Of a stretch of DNA of 64,000 nucleotides, positions 52,971 through 61,347 are shown piece after piece. This stretch comes from an uncultured Candidatus Saccharibacteria bacterium (lineage in GTDB: Bacteria > Patescibacteriota > UBA1384 > DTJR01), in the NCBI GenBank assembly GCA_964487045.1, contig CAZAOT010000003.1, positions 3,730 to 67,729 on the forward strand, read 5' to 3'. The number at the start of each line of letters is the position of its first letter. The stretch's first letter is position 1. A model generated the notes under the pieces. It worked only from the letters and a program-made list of their open reading frames with translations. It made no database searches and was not told where the DNA came from. The translations under genes were made by a program, and so were the position numbers.

Positions 52971-53624
52971 TTGCATGGAGGAGAGAGATTGAAGAGTGCC
53001 ATCTATATGCATCACTTCGCGCAGTCTGTTCTGCTGAAGCTTGGCGATCAGATCGCCGAGTTGCTTGATCGAGAGCTTCAAGCGTTGGTCGGATGTGCAT
53101 CAGATGTTCAGAGCCTGCGTGATCAACTTCAGGGTATGGTCAAGGTTAACCGTCACGAAGTAGAGCTGCCAGTTGTACCCGGGAATGAGAGCGTCTACCG
53201 ATGTGCGGGTTACAAGCTGGACGTACTTCCGGCACACGTGCAGTCGTGTCTTGACCTGCATGACGAATGCTCTGCCAGAGTAACCGAACGTATCTGTGAG
53301 TCGCTCCAGTCAATCCAGATCGGCTGTCCGCTGATCAACTACGCCCATGGCCAGCTGTACTTAGCTTGCGACACCGCCGGCTCCTGCGTGGAGTTGGCAA
53401 GGCTTGCTGTCGCACTCGACAGGAACTTCCCAGCGACGCACCAAACCCTGCCACTGCTAGCCGGGGATGAATGGCCTTGGCTGATGTGGGATAATGGCAA
53501 TCTGCACATGAACCATCCCTTCTCGGCCAGGGGACTATGGAAGCTTCAGGCGCTGGCCAAATCCATCAGGGAAGAGCTAAGGCCTGGGATGTATGGATAC
53601 GCCAGAGCCGGCGGCACACGCTGA
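52971..53624 (+). CDS. Orphan protein H1 (about 205-217 aa; start at TTG 52971 or ATG 53007), GC-rich, Cys/His-rich
   Basis: Long ORF in a GC-rich island. Terminator hairpin GGGGACA...TGTCCCC + ACCTTTTTTA at 53661-53700. Confidence 0.45.
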   Translation: MHGGERLKSAIYMHHFAQSVLLKLGDQIAELLDRELQALVGCASDVQSLRDQLQGMVKVNRHEVELPVVPGNESVYRCAGYKLDVLPAHVQSCLDLHDECSARVTERICESLQSIQIGCPLINYAHGQLYLACDTAGSCVELARLAVALDRNFPATHQTLPLLAGDEWPWLMWDNGNLHMNHPFSARGLWKLQALAKSIREELRPGMYGYARAGGTR

Positions 53625-53715
53625 TGAAGGCAGGTAGACTATCTGCTTACTCAAGGGGACATCCTCCAGACGGAGCTTGTCCCCACCTTTTTTATATTTA
53701 TTTCGGCCCAATACA

Positions 53716-53744
53716 CTTGAATTTTTATATACAAATTGCTATTA
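53716..53744 (+). promoter_or_regulatory. Promoter of H2 (TTGAAT-N17-TATTAT)
   Basis: -35 at 53716-53721 and -10 at 53739-53744. SD GGGAGG at 53830-53835. Confidence 0.45.
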
Positions 53745-53840
53745 TTTCTTCTTCTGTAATAGGTGGTCATTGACATTTGTATGGAGAAGAAACACCCGCA
53801 TCGACTTTGGTCGACGGGTTCAAGAAACGGGAGGTATACG

Positions 53841-54377
53841 ATGGTGGATCTTGCGGTTGTGAGTCTTGACCTGCGTAAGCAGGCCATGCTGAAGCTTCAA
53901 GATCTAGGTGAAAGCGAGATTCACTTAGGTCTTGTCAGAAGCTTTGTCGAAAGGCTTCATCATTCTGTCCCAATGACCTTGCTCGAGCGCGATCGGCTTG
54001 TTGACGCGCTTGGGGGGTTGCATGCAAGCCGTATAGACTTTCGCTCCTATGTGTCGCCGCGTCGGCTGGTCGCATTTCTTGATGTCAGTTTGCAGAATCT
54101 ATCCCAGGATGATCTGCCGGATTCGGTCAATGTGCATGGGATCGACTGGCTATGTGAGCAGGCAGAAAGCTGCGACCAGGCAGAATCAGAAGTGGACGTT
54201 CTCGATGCTGAGGCTTTTGCGATCGACCAGCCGAAGGTCGGTTCGGCAAGCGCCATGACTCACGCTGAAGCGCGGGTCAAAGTAGCTGAGTACCGAGAGG
54301 CTGCTGAGGCGCTTGAGCGGCAGATTCCGCTCGATCTTCAGGTGGGTCACATCGAGGACGGAGACGAAGACAAGTAG
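53841..54377 (+). CDS. Orphan acidic protein H2 (178 aa), GC-rich
   Basis: ATG at 53841 after GGGAGGTATACG. No family recognised. Confidence 0.45.
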   Translation: MVDLAVVSLDLRKQAMLKLQDLGESEIHLGLVRSFVERLHHSVPMTLLERDRLVDALGGLHASRIDFRSYVSPRRLVAFLDVSLQNLSQDDLPDSVNVHGIDWLCEQAESCDQAESEVDVLDAEAFAIDQPKVGSASAMTHAEARVKVAEYREAAEALERQIPLDLQVGHIEDGDEDK

Positions 54378-54401
54378 GTCGAGGTTGCGGCGGATCTATA
54401 G

Positions 54402-54447
54402 GGGCTGGAATGCGCTTTGCGCTTCCAGTCCCTTTTTCTTTTTTTAA
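54402..54447 (+). terminator. Intrinsic terminator of H2
   Basis: GGGCTGGAATGCGCTTTGCGCTTCCAGTCCC hairpin followed by TTTTTCTTTTTTT. Confidence 0.6.
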
Positions 54448-54470
54448 AATCCTGTAAATTGAAGATAAAT

Positions 54471-57400
54471 ATGAATAAGCCATTTGTTCACCTGCATGTT
54501 CACTCTCATTATTCACTCCTTGATGGTCTGGGTACTCCTGCCCAGATCATTGAGCGTGCCAAAGAGCTCGGTATGAACTCGGTCGCTTTGACCGATCACG
54601 GATCTATGTACGGCGTGATTGAATTTTATAAAGCAGCCAAAGCAGCTGAAATAAAGCCGATTATCGGTATGGAGGCTTATGTCGCTCCAAGATTACTTAG
54701 CGAGAAAGTTTCAAAATTAGATTCAAATCCATATCACTTGATTTTGCTGGCCAAAAATTTGGATGGGTATTTAAACTTGCTTCGACTTTCTTCGATTGGT
54801 CACTTGGAAGGATTCTATTATAAGCCCCGAGTCGATAAGGTTACGCTAAAAAAATATTCAAAGGGATTGATCGCGACCTCTGCTTGTTTGGCCGGTGAAC
54901 TTTCTCGAATGCTTTTATCAAATGATGAAGAATCAGCAAGGCGCGCTCTTGGCGAATACAAAGAAATATTTGGTGATGACTTCTATATCGAACTTCAGGA
55001 TCATCCCGACATCAGGGATCAGGGGCTAGCTAACGAGAAATTGATCGCCTTGGCCAAAGAAACTAATACTCCGATGACGGTGGCTTGCGACTCGCACTAT
55101 ATTCGCAAGGAAGACCGGGCGGCTCACGATGTGCTGGTTTGCGTTCAGATCGGCAAGACGGTCGATGACCCAACGCGCATGACATATGACGGCGACTTCT
55201 CACTGCGCGATCCTAAGGAGCTTTACGAGGCCTTTAAAGACGTGCCGGAGGCGCTAGAGAACACGCAGAAGATTGCTGATATGTGCGCCTTAGAAATTCC
55301 GTTTGAAGAAAATCTCCTGCCAATTTTCAAAATTGACTCAAAGCAGACACCCGATGAATTTTTACGCGAGCAGTGTCTAAAGGGCTTGCCGGAGCGTTAT
55401 CCAGACCTTGATGAGACTAAGAAAAAAGAATTGATGGAGAGGCTCGACTATGAACTCGGCGTGATCGCCAAGATGGGTTTTTCAAGTTACTTCTTGATCG
55501 TTGCTGACTATGTGAAATGGGCTAAATCGAGCGGAATAATGGTCGGCCCGGGTAGAGGTTCGGCAGCAGGGGCGCTTGTGACGTATCTGACATATATCAC
55601 TGATGTTGATCCGATCAGATATGGACTACTTTTTGAGAGATTTTTGAATCCTGATCGATTGGAAATGCCGGACATCGATCTTGACTTTGCTGACCATAGG
55701 CGTGGTGAGGTACTAAACTATGTCGTTAATAAATATGGCGAGGACAGGGTTGCTGGAGTTATTACATTTGGAACGATGGCGGCGCGAGCTGCGGTGCGAG
55801 ATGTCGGTCGCGCATTAGGGATGCCTTATGCGGAGGTCGATGCAATCTCCAAAGTCATTCCTCCTCCTGTTCAAGGCCGCCATATTCCTCTTGAAAAATC
55901 GATCAAAAATGCTCCGGAGCTCAGAGAATTTTATACAAAAGACCCACGTGCCAAACGACTACTCGACATGGCAATTAAGCTGGAGGGGACGGTCAGGCAT
56001 GCTGGACAGCACGCATCGGCCTTCGTAATCACCCAAGATGAGCTAGTCTGTTACGTACCACTTCAGCAAGCTCAAAAAGAAGGGGTTAAGCAAGTTACTC
56101 AATATTCAATGTATCCAGTCGCTGAACTTGGACTTTTGAAAATGGACTTCTTGGGCCTATCAAACTTAACAATTATTGAGCGTGCCCTCGGAATTATTGA
56201 AGCGGTTGATGGCGAGAAAATTGATATTTTCAATCTTCCGCTAGATGATTTAAAAACTTTTCATCTGCTCGGACGAGCTGAAACAACCGGAGTATTTCAA
56301 CTCGAGTCCTCGGGAATGAAGCGATATATTAAGGACTTACAGCCCACCTCAATCGACGATGTTGCTGTGATGGTTGCCCTATATCGCCCAGGTCCGATGC
56401 AATTTATTGACTCATTTATTAAACGAAAGAACGGCCGCGAGAAAATCGAATATCCTCATGAAGCAACTAAGTCCGCCTTAGAAGTAACCTATGGAATTCC
56501 TGTTTATCAGGAGCAGGTCATGCAGATTTCCAAGGACATGGCCGGGTTTACCGGTGGTGAGGCTGATAAGCTTCGAAAAGCGATGGGTAAGAAGATCGCT
56601 AAATTGATGGCTGAGATGAAGGAGAAATTCATCAAAGGCTCGGTAAAAAATGGCGTTTCACAAAAAGACGCAGAGAAAGTTTTCTCAATGCTTGAGGATT
56701 TTGCTGCTTATGGATTTAACAAATCTCATGCTGTTTGTTACGCCATGATTGCTTACCAAACGGCGTATCTTAAGGCAAACTATCCTCAGTCGTTTATGGC
56801 CGCACTTCTAACGAGCGATCTTGACGATACTGATCGCATCGGAATTGAGATCGAAGAATGCAACAAAATGGGAATCCAGGTCTTGCCGCCTGACGTTAAT
56901 GAATCTTTCGTCGATTTTGGTGTAGTTAAAGATACGGGAAATATTCGTTTTGGCTTAGCGGCGATCAAGGGGATCGGGGAGTCGCCAGCGCGAATTATTA
57001 CCAGAGAGCGAAAGAAAAACGGGCCATTTAAGTCACTTGAAGATTTTATTGATCGCATGATCAAAACCGATGTTGAAGGGGTGACTGACCGATCGGTCTT
57101 GAACAAGAAGATTCTCGAGAGCTTAGCTCGCTCAGGAGCGCTTGATAACTTGGCAGAGAGAAATCAGATTTTGGAGGGCATGGAAATCATTACCAAACGC
57201 ATTCAAGAATCGTCTAAGCAGAAGAAGACCGCGCAGATAGGCTTGTTTGGCGAAGTGTTGTCGGCTGACATTGAACTTGGCAAGCTGGAATTACCGGAGG
57301 TAGAACCAGCGACTCAGGCCGATCGGCTTGCTTGGGAAAAAGCTCATCTTGGGATTTATTTATCAGAGCATCCACTCAAGGAAGTTGGGGGATTACTTCG

Positions 57401-58037
57401 GGCAGCAGTACCCAATCAAATTGCCAAACTTGATCTTACGATGGAGGGAAAACGTGCTAAGATCGCCGGAATTCTTTCGGAGGTCAAGAAGATCAATACT
57501 AGAAGCGGTCAGCAAATGGCTTTTGCTAAAATAGAAGACCTTTCTGGAAAAACCGAAATATTAGTCTTCCCGAAGCTTCTTGCTGACACTAATGAGCTAT
57601 GGCAGAGCGACAATATTCTGATAGTTTCCGGAAAAATTTCGACCAAAGATAATGAGGTTAAGCTTTTAGCGGATGCAGCTGAGAAATTTGATCCGTCCAA
57701 AGTCGATGCAAGCAAAGTTATAACCGTGTCCGATGATGATGAAATTGTCGAGATCGACTTGGGAGAGGAGCCGGAGCTAGATAGTTTAGAATCTTCTTTA
57801 ACTAAAGCATTTAAGGATGGGAAGGTATTGTTTGAAAAAGACCTTGAGCTATATGTAATTCTGACAGGCAAAGTTGATAAGGATAAATTGGTCAGTTTAA
57901 AGGAAATTTTTGAAAAAAATCCAGGGGATAAAAAGGTTGTTCTAGCTTATAAGAAAAATGGTCATTTTGAATTCAAGAAAACCAAAGTACTCGTGGGGAA
58001 GTTAAAAGAAGAAGAGATAAAGAAGGTTTTGGGGTGA
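54471..58037 (+). CDS. dnaE: DNA polymerase III alpha subunit
   Basis: PHP domain HLHVHSHYSLLDG at the N-terminus. About 1190 aa. The ATG at 54471 is preferred over the ORF-track start at 54417. Confidence 0.9.
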   Translation: MNKPFVHLHVHSHYSLLDGLGTPAQIIERAKELGMNSVALTDHGSMYGVIEFYKAAKAAEIKPIIGMEAYVAPRLLSEKVSKLDSNPYHLILLAKNLDGYLNLLRLSSIGHLEGFYYKPRVDKVTLKKYSKGLIATSACLAGELSRMLLSNDEESARRALGEYKEIFGDDFYIELQDHPDIRDQGLANEKLIALAKETNTPMTVACDSHYIRKEDRAAHDVLVCVQIGKTVDDPTRMTYDGDFSLRDPKELYEAFKDVPEALENTQKIADMCALEIPFEENLLPIFKIDSKQTPDEFLREQCLKGLPERYPDLDETKKKELMERLDYELGVIAKMGFSSYFLIVADYVKWAKSSGIMVGPGRGSAAGALVTYLTYITDVDPIRYGLLFERFLNPDRLEMPDIDLDFADHRRGEVLNYVVNKYGEDRVAGVITFGTMAARAAVRDVGRALGMPYAEVDAISKVIPPPVQGRHIPLEKSIKNAPELREFYTKDPRAKRLLDMAIKLEGTVRHAGQHASAFVITQDELVCYVPLQQAQKEGVKQVTQYSMYPVAELGLLKMDFLGLSNLTIIERALGIIEAVDGEKIDIFNLPLDDLKTFHLLGRAETTGVFQLESSGMKRYIKDLQPTSIDDVAVMVALYRPGPMQFIDSFIKRKNGREKIEYPHEATKSALEVTYGIPVYQEQVMQISKDMAGFTGGEADKLRKAMGKKIAKLMAEMKEKFIKGSVKNGVSQKDAEKVFSMLEDFAAYGFNKSHAVCYAMIAYQTAYLKANYPQSFMAALLTSDLDDTDRIGIEIEECNKMGIQVLPPDVNESFVDFGVVKDTGNIRFGLAAIKGIGESPARIITRERKKNGPFKSLEDFIDRMIKTDVEGVTDRSVLNKKILESLARSGALDNLAERNQILEGMEIITKRIQESSKQKKTAQIGLFGEVLSADIELGKLELPEVEPATQADRLAWEKAHLGIYLSEHPLKEVGGLLRAAVPNQIAKLDLTMEGKRAKIAGILSEVKKINTRSGQQMAFAKIEDLSGKTEILVFPKLLADTNELWQSDNILIVSGKISTKDNEVKLLADAAEKFDPSKVDASKVITVSDDDEIVEIDLGEEPELDSLESSLTKAFKDGKVLFEKDLELYVILTGKVDKDKLVSLKEIFEKNPGDKKVVLAYKKNGHFEFKKTKVLVGKLKEEEIKKVLG

Positions 58038-58077
58038 TTTTTTTGAGAGCCTTCAGCTCGCATGTAATGTTAACAAC

Positions 58078-58110
58078 CCAGGGGACACTTTCGGTGCGTC
58101 CCCTAGGTTT
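58078..58110 (+). terminator. Intrinsic terminator after dnaE
   Basis: AGGGGACACTTTCGGTGCGTCCCCT hairpin followed by AGGTTTTT. Confidence 0.55.
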
Positions 58111-58329
58111 TTAACGATTTCCTCACCCTCCTAACGCCCTTTGTGTAGCTCTTTTTGTTGAACCTTCTGGAATTCATCCTCGAACAAGTTTGTCGAGGTA
58201 ATCAGTTCCAGCTTTCAACATCAAAGAGCATCTACTTTTAAAGTCTCGAAGCCCGCTTCTTCGACTTTTTATTAATTTTTTTGCTTCCAAGGGTTGATTT
58301 TTTTTAAAAATATGATAAAGTTTTTTTAC

Positions 58330-58640
58330 ATTATTGTTTCCGGTCCCTAGGGACCAACGAGCGTTCCCTCACCGAGGGAGCACCACAACCAGGCCTGAGG
58401 GGCGGCGGAATCCAGAGCCGTCGCCTCTCAGGGAAAAACTAGGCTTCGCGTCAACGCCCTCCTCCAGAGAATAGGCGCGAAGATGCACCACCGCGGGCTG
58501 CGTGCGCGATATGGCGCAGCCGGGCCAAGGCGGGCGACTGGCCTCCTTTGAAGGGGTCGATGGCTGGTCGCCCGTCTCCCAAACACACAAGGGCTGACTT
58601 TCTTGCGATCGTCAGCCCTATTTGATTCTCGTCCCGTTAG
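58330..58640 (+). ncRNA. Candidate structured ncRNA Ia (about 300 nt), GC-rich, plus strand
   Basis: A 15-bp stem with two G·U pairs (CCTGAGGGGCGGCGG / CCGTCGCCTCTCAGG). A 12-bp stem with two G·U pairs (GGGCGACTGGCC / GGCTGGTCGCCC). These are plus-strand-specific. 3' hairpin GGGCTGAC..GTCAGCCC followed by TATTTG. No convincing ORF. Confidence 0.3.
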
Positions 58641-58736
58641 AGATAAGTAATATTTTATCAACCGAATTATGCTTCAAAATTTTAAACTAATACAAGAACC
58701 ATTTTTATAAAAAATTTCTAACGGGGTAAACAGGTG

Positions 58737-58765
58737 TTGACTTCTGTAAATTTTCATATTAATAT
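58737..58765 (+). promoter_or_regulatory. Promoter of candidate ncRNA Ib (TTGACT-N17-TAATAT)
   Basis: -35 at 58737-58742 and -10 at 58760-58765. Confidence 0.5.
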
Positions 58766-58774
58766 TTATGTTAC

Positions 58775-59792
58775 GAGTGTAGGATGATCGCTAAGATCGT
58801 TCTACGCAGAACGTGGAAAGGGGTTTTGCTTATGATTCTCTGTGGTTCCATCGCCATCGTCTGACAACCGGCGCCTCTAACGATCTCACGATCGTAAGAG
58901 AAAGGGGATCTAGTGATCAGAGCGAGTCCGTAACCACGCCTTTCACATCGCCGGCTGAAATGCCGGCCCTGACCAAACCCAAGCTGTACCAATTAGTCGC
59001 AAAGTTGCTGATCGACGGACTTCTCTTGCGGCGAAAGCCGCCCCGACCGGCCAATGGGCCAGAAGACAAGAGGCTGAAGAAACATGCGTGCACGTTGTCG
59101 CGGCCACACCGTCGTATCCACCTTCTCCTTCGAGATCGCGCTGGTTCTCTAGGGAAACTCGCAAACCCGGGGATGCAGATCTCTGAAAGTCTCTGCACCA
59201 GCCATCTTGCTAGAACCCGCAAGGGCCGACTTCAAACGCTCCACCCTAACAAGGGACGGGAAAGCTGGCCAATCCGCGGCGGGGGACGCCGGCGCGCACT
59301 AGGCCGTAAGAGCTAGGGATGCGCGGCGGCTAAACGCCCGCCAAGCCCGAGTCGAAGGACCCGGAATGGAGCAAGTAGCCAAAGCAGTGACGGAGCGGAC
59401 ATAGTTCGCGCTCCCTATATCTGCTTGCGCTGGCATTGCCAAGGCACGCCGAGCCTGCGTGGCTCACAGAGTGCTTCATGGCGAGAAATGCATGCCCATT
59501 CCGGCTCTGCAATCCTACACATTAGGACGATGGGGTTGCGCCTGGAAAAGCATCAGGGTGTGATGCGAGCGAGGCTGATCGCTGGAATGGCCCTGGATAG
59601 AGGGTTTTGGCGAGGATGTCTTGCGGTGAGGCTGGTCCCTTCGGGGACTCCCCAGCCGGTGGCTGGGGAGCTAGTCTACTCATTTCGCCTTGGTGCGTTT
59701 GCCCAGGCGGGATTTTCCATAGGGCTCGAGTGTTTCACTCGGGCCCAAGTTGTTTTATAAAAGCAAAAAAGTGCCTCACGGGCACTCTTTTT
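58775..59792 (+). ncRNA. Candidate large structured ncRNA Ib (about 1 kb), GC-rich, promoter-to-terminator
   Basis: No ORF longer than 167 codons in about 65% GC DNA, and the longest is Arg-rich and GTG-initiated. cUUCGg tetraloop hairpin GGTCCCTTCGGGGACT. Hairpin CCCCAGCC-GGT-GGCTGGGG. Strong terminator AGTGCCTCACGGGCACT followed by CTTTTTT at 59766-59792. Confidence 0.35.
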
Positions 59793-59810
59793 TAATTAAT
59801 AAAATTATTA

Positions 59811-60347
59811 TTACTGATTGGTTGGTACTGGTGGAACTGGTGGCAGGGGAACAGATGAACTTTGAGCTGAGGCAGTAGAACTGGCCGCAGCGGTTGAGCT
59901 AGCAACCGGTGTTCCTGGGATTGGCGGCGTACCAATATCACCCGTGCCGGAATTTGATGAGCCTAGGTAAGGACATTCGGTTTCGCCTTTTTGTTCTACG
60001 CATCTCCAATATTTGATCGTTTGGTTAAGATCAAGCGAACTGACAAGTCCAGCGCTTTCACTTTGAGCATCAACTAGATTATATTCAGGTTCGATTTTTA
60101 GCCAGTGTACAACGATAGAGTTGATGTCTAGCGCGCTTACCACTCCATCATCCAAAATATCGCCGCTTATCCTGGGTGGATTAGGAACAAATGGTTTTTC
60201 TGAGGGAATTCCTGATGGATCTGGAGGAGTAGGTGGGTTAGAGTCAGCTGAAGGCTGGCTAGACCATACCACGTAGCTCAAAACACCTGCCAAAACAACA
60301 ACGCTGATGGCAGAAATAAATGTTAATAGTATCGCTTTTTTAGTCAT
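59811..60347 (-). CDS. Secreted protein with a dockerin-like repeat pair and a Pro/Ser/Ala-rich tail
   Basis: Signal anchor. GDILDDGVVSALDINSIV and LVSSLDLNQTIKYW resemble dockerin type I Ca-binding repeats. Confidence 0.45.
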   Translation of the reverse strand: MTKKAILLTFISAISVVVLAGVLSYVVWSSQPSADSNPPTPPDPSGIPSEKPFVPNPPRISGDILDDGVVSALDINSIVVHWLKIEPEYNLVDAQSESAGLVSSLDLNQTIKYWRCVEQKGETECPYLGSSNSGTGDIGTPPIPGTPVASSTAAASSTASAQSSSVPLPPVPPVPTNQ

Positions 60348-60401
60348 CTGTAATTTATTTTATCAAAAAAAATTGTAAATCAATACCCCTTTATTTTTCT
60401 A

Positions 60402-61250
60402 TCAGCCAATACTTATCCTTATACTCGATCCGCCCTCGACTGGGAAACTATGCACATCAAGTGATATTCTTTCGTTTCTAACTTTATTAAGGACAAGGAT
60501 CATGCGTCTTTCTTGTGGAATATGAAATTCTTTAATATCGATATAATCCAAAAACCCACCAATGATCTCTCGGGTTAAGTGTGAGAGTTGTCGGCGTGGT
60601 CGGCCAGCATAAATGTTTACCACCTTATCTGATGAGTATGTGAAATTAACAGATGAATAACCAGCTTTTTTTATTTGGTTAAGGAGATTGCCGACAATCA
60701 GTGCTTCGCGGGCAATTTCTCCAGGAGTTTTATCTTCTTTTTTATTCAATCTAGCGCTAGCAAGCCAACGCTCTAAGATTTTCTTTTTCATCGTTTCTTT
60801 TTCAACTCGAGGATGGAAGCTGGCGGGCTTAAATTCAATAGTAGGCTTTGGTGTAACCTTAGCTTCGGGTTTTACTTCAGCTTTAACTGGTGCAATTTTA
60901 ATTTCATTTTCCTGCGGTTTGCTTTGGGTGGACTCGAGTTTAAGACCTTTTGGTTTTCGTACTCGCTCGTAGATTGCATCTTTAAAAGTCGGTGATGGTC
61001 TGAATTTAACGCTTTTCTGCTCCAGGATGATTCTAGGAGTTTTGGTGCGAATCTGTTTGATCACATGAGACTTGATTGTGGTGACATAAAAAGTACCAAA
61101 GCCATGGATTCTAACCTGCTCGCGTTCATTGAGCATTCGGCAAAGCACCCTTTCGGTTTCTTCCATGATATCTTCGGTTTGCTTATAGGTTAGATTAAGA
61201 TCTTTGGCGAATCTTTTAGCAATATCTGGTCGATTGAGGGATTTGATCAT
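60402..61250 (-). CDS. HU/IHF-family DNA-binding protein with a long C-terminal extension
   Basis: The first about 95 aa fit the HU fold pattern (MIKSLNRPDIAKRFAKDLNLTYKQ...RIHGFGTFYVTTIKS...RIILEQKSVKFRPS). Confidence 0.55.
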   Translation of the reverse strand: MIKSLNRPDIAKRFAKDLNLTYKQTEDIMEETERVLCRMLNEREQVRIHGFGTFYVTTIKSHVIKQIRTKTPRIILEQKSVKFRPSPTFKDAIYERVRKPKGLKLESTQSKPQENEIKIAPVKAEVKPEAKVTPKPTIEFKPASFHPRVEKETMKKKILERWLASARLNKKEDKTPGEIAREALIVGNLLNQIKKAGYSSVNFTYSSDKVVNIYAGRPRRQLSHLTREIIGGFLDYIDIKEFHIPQERRMILVLNKVRNERISLDVHSFPVEGGSSIRISIG

Positions 61251-61347
61251 AGATAGATTTTACCAAAGCTGGGAAGATTTTACATTTATAAGATTAAAAC
61301 AACGCATATGTTGCGAGTCGGCCGTTAATGTTTATAATGAAGGTCTG

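Noticed and set aside
58813-59316. 167-aa GTG-initiated Arg-rich ORF inside the 1 kb GC-rich region
   Set aside because: No SD, GTG start, extreme Arg/Pro bias typical of random GC-rich frames. The region is better explained as structured RNA.
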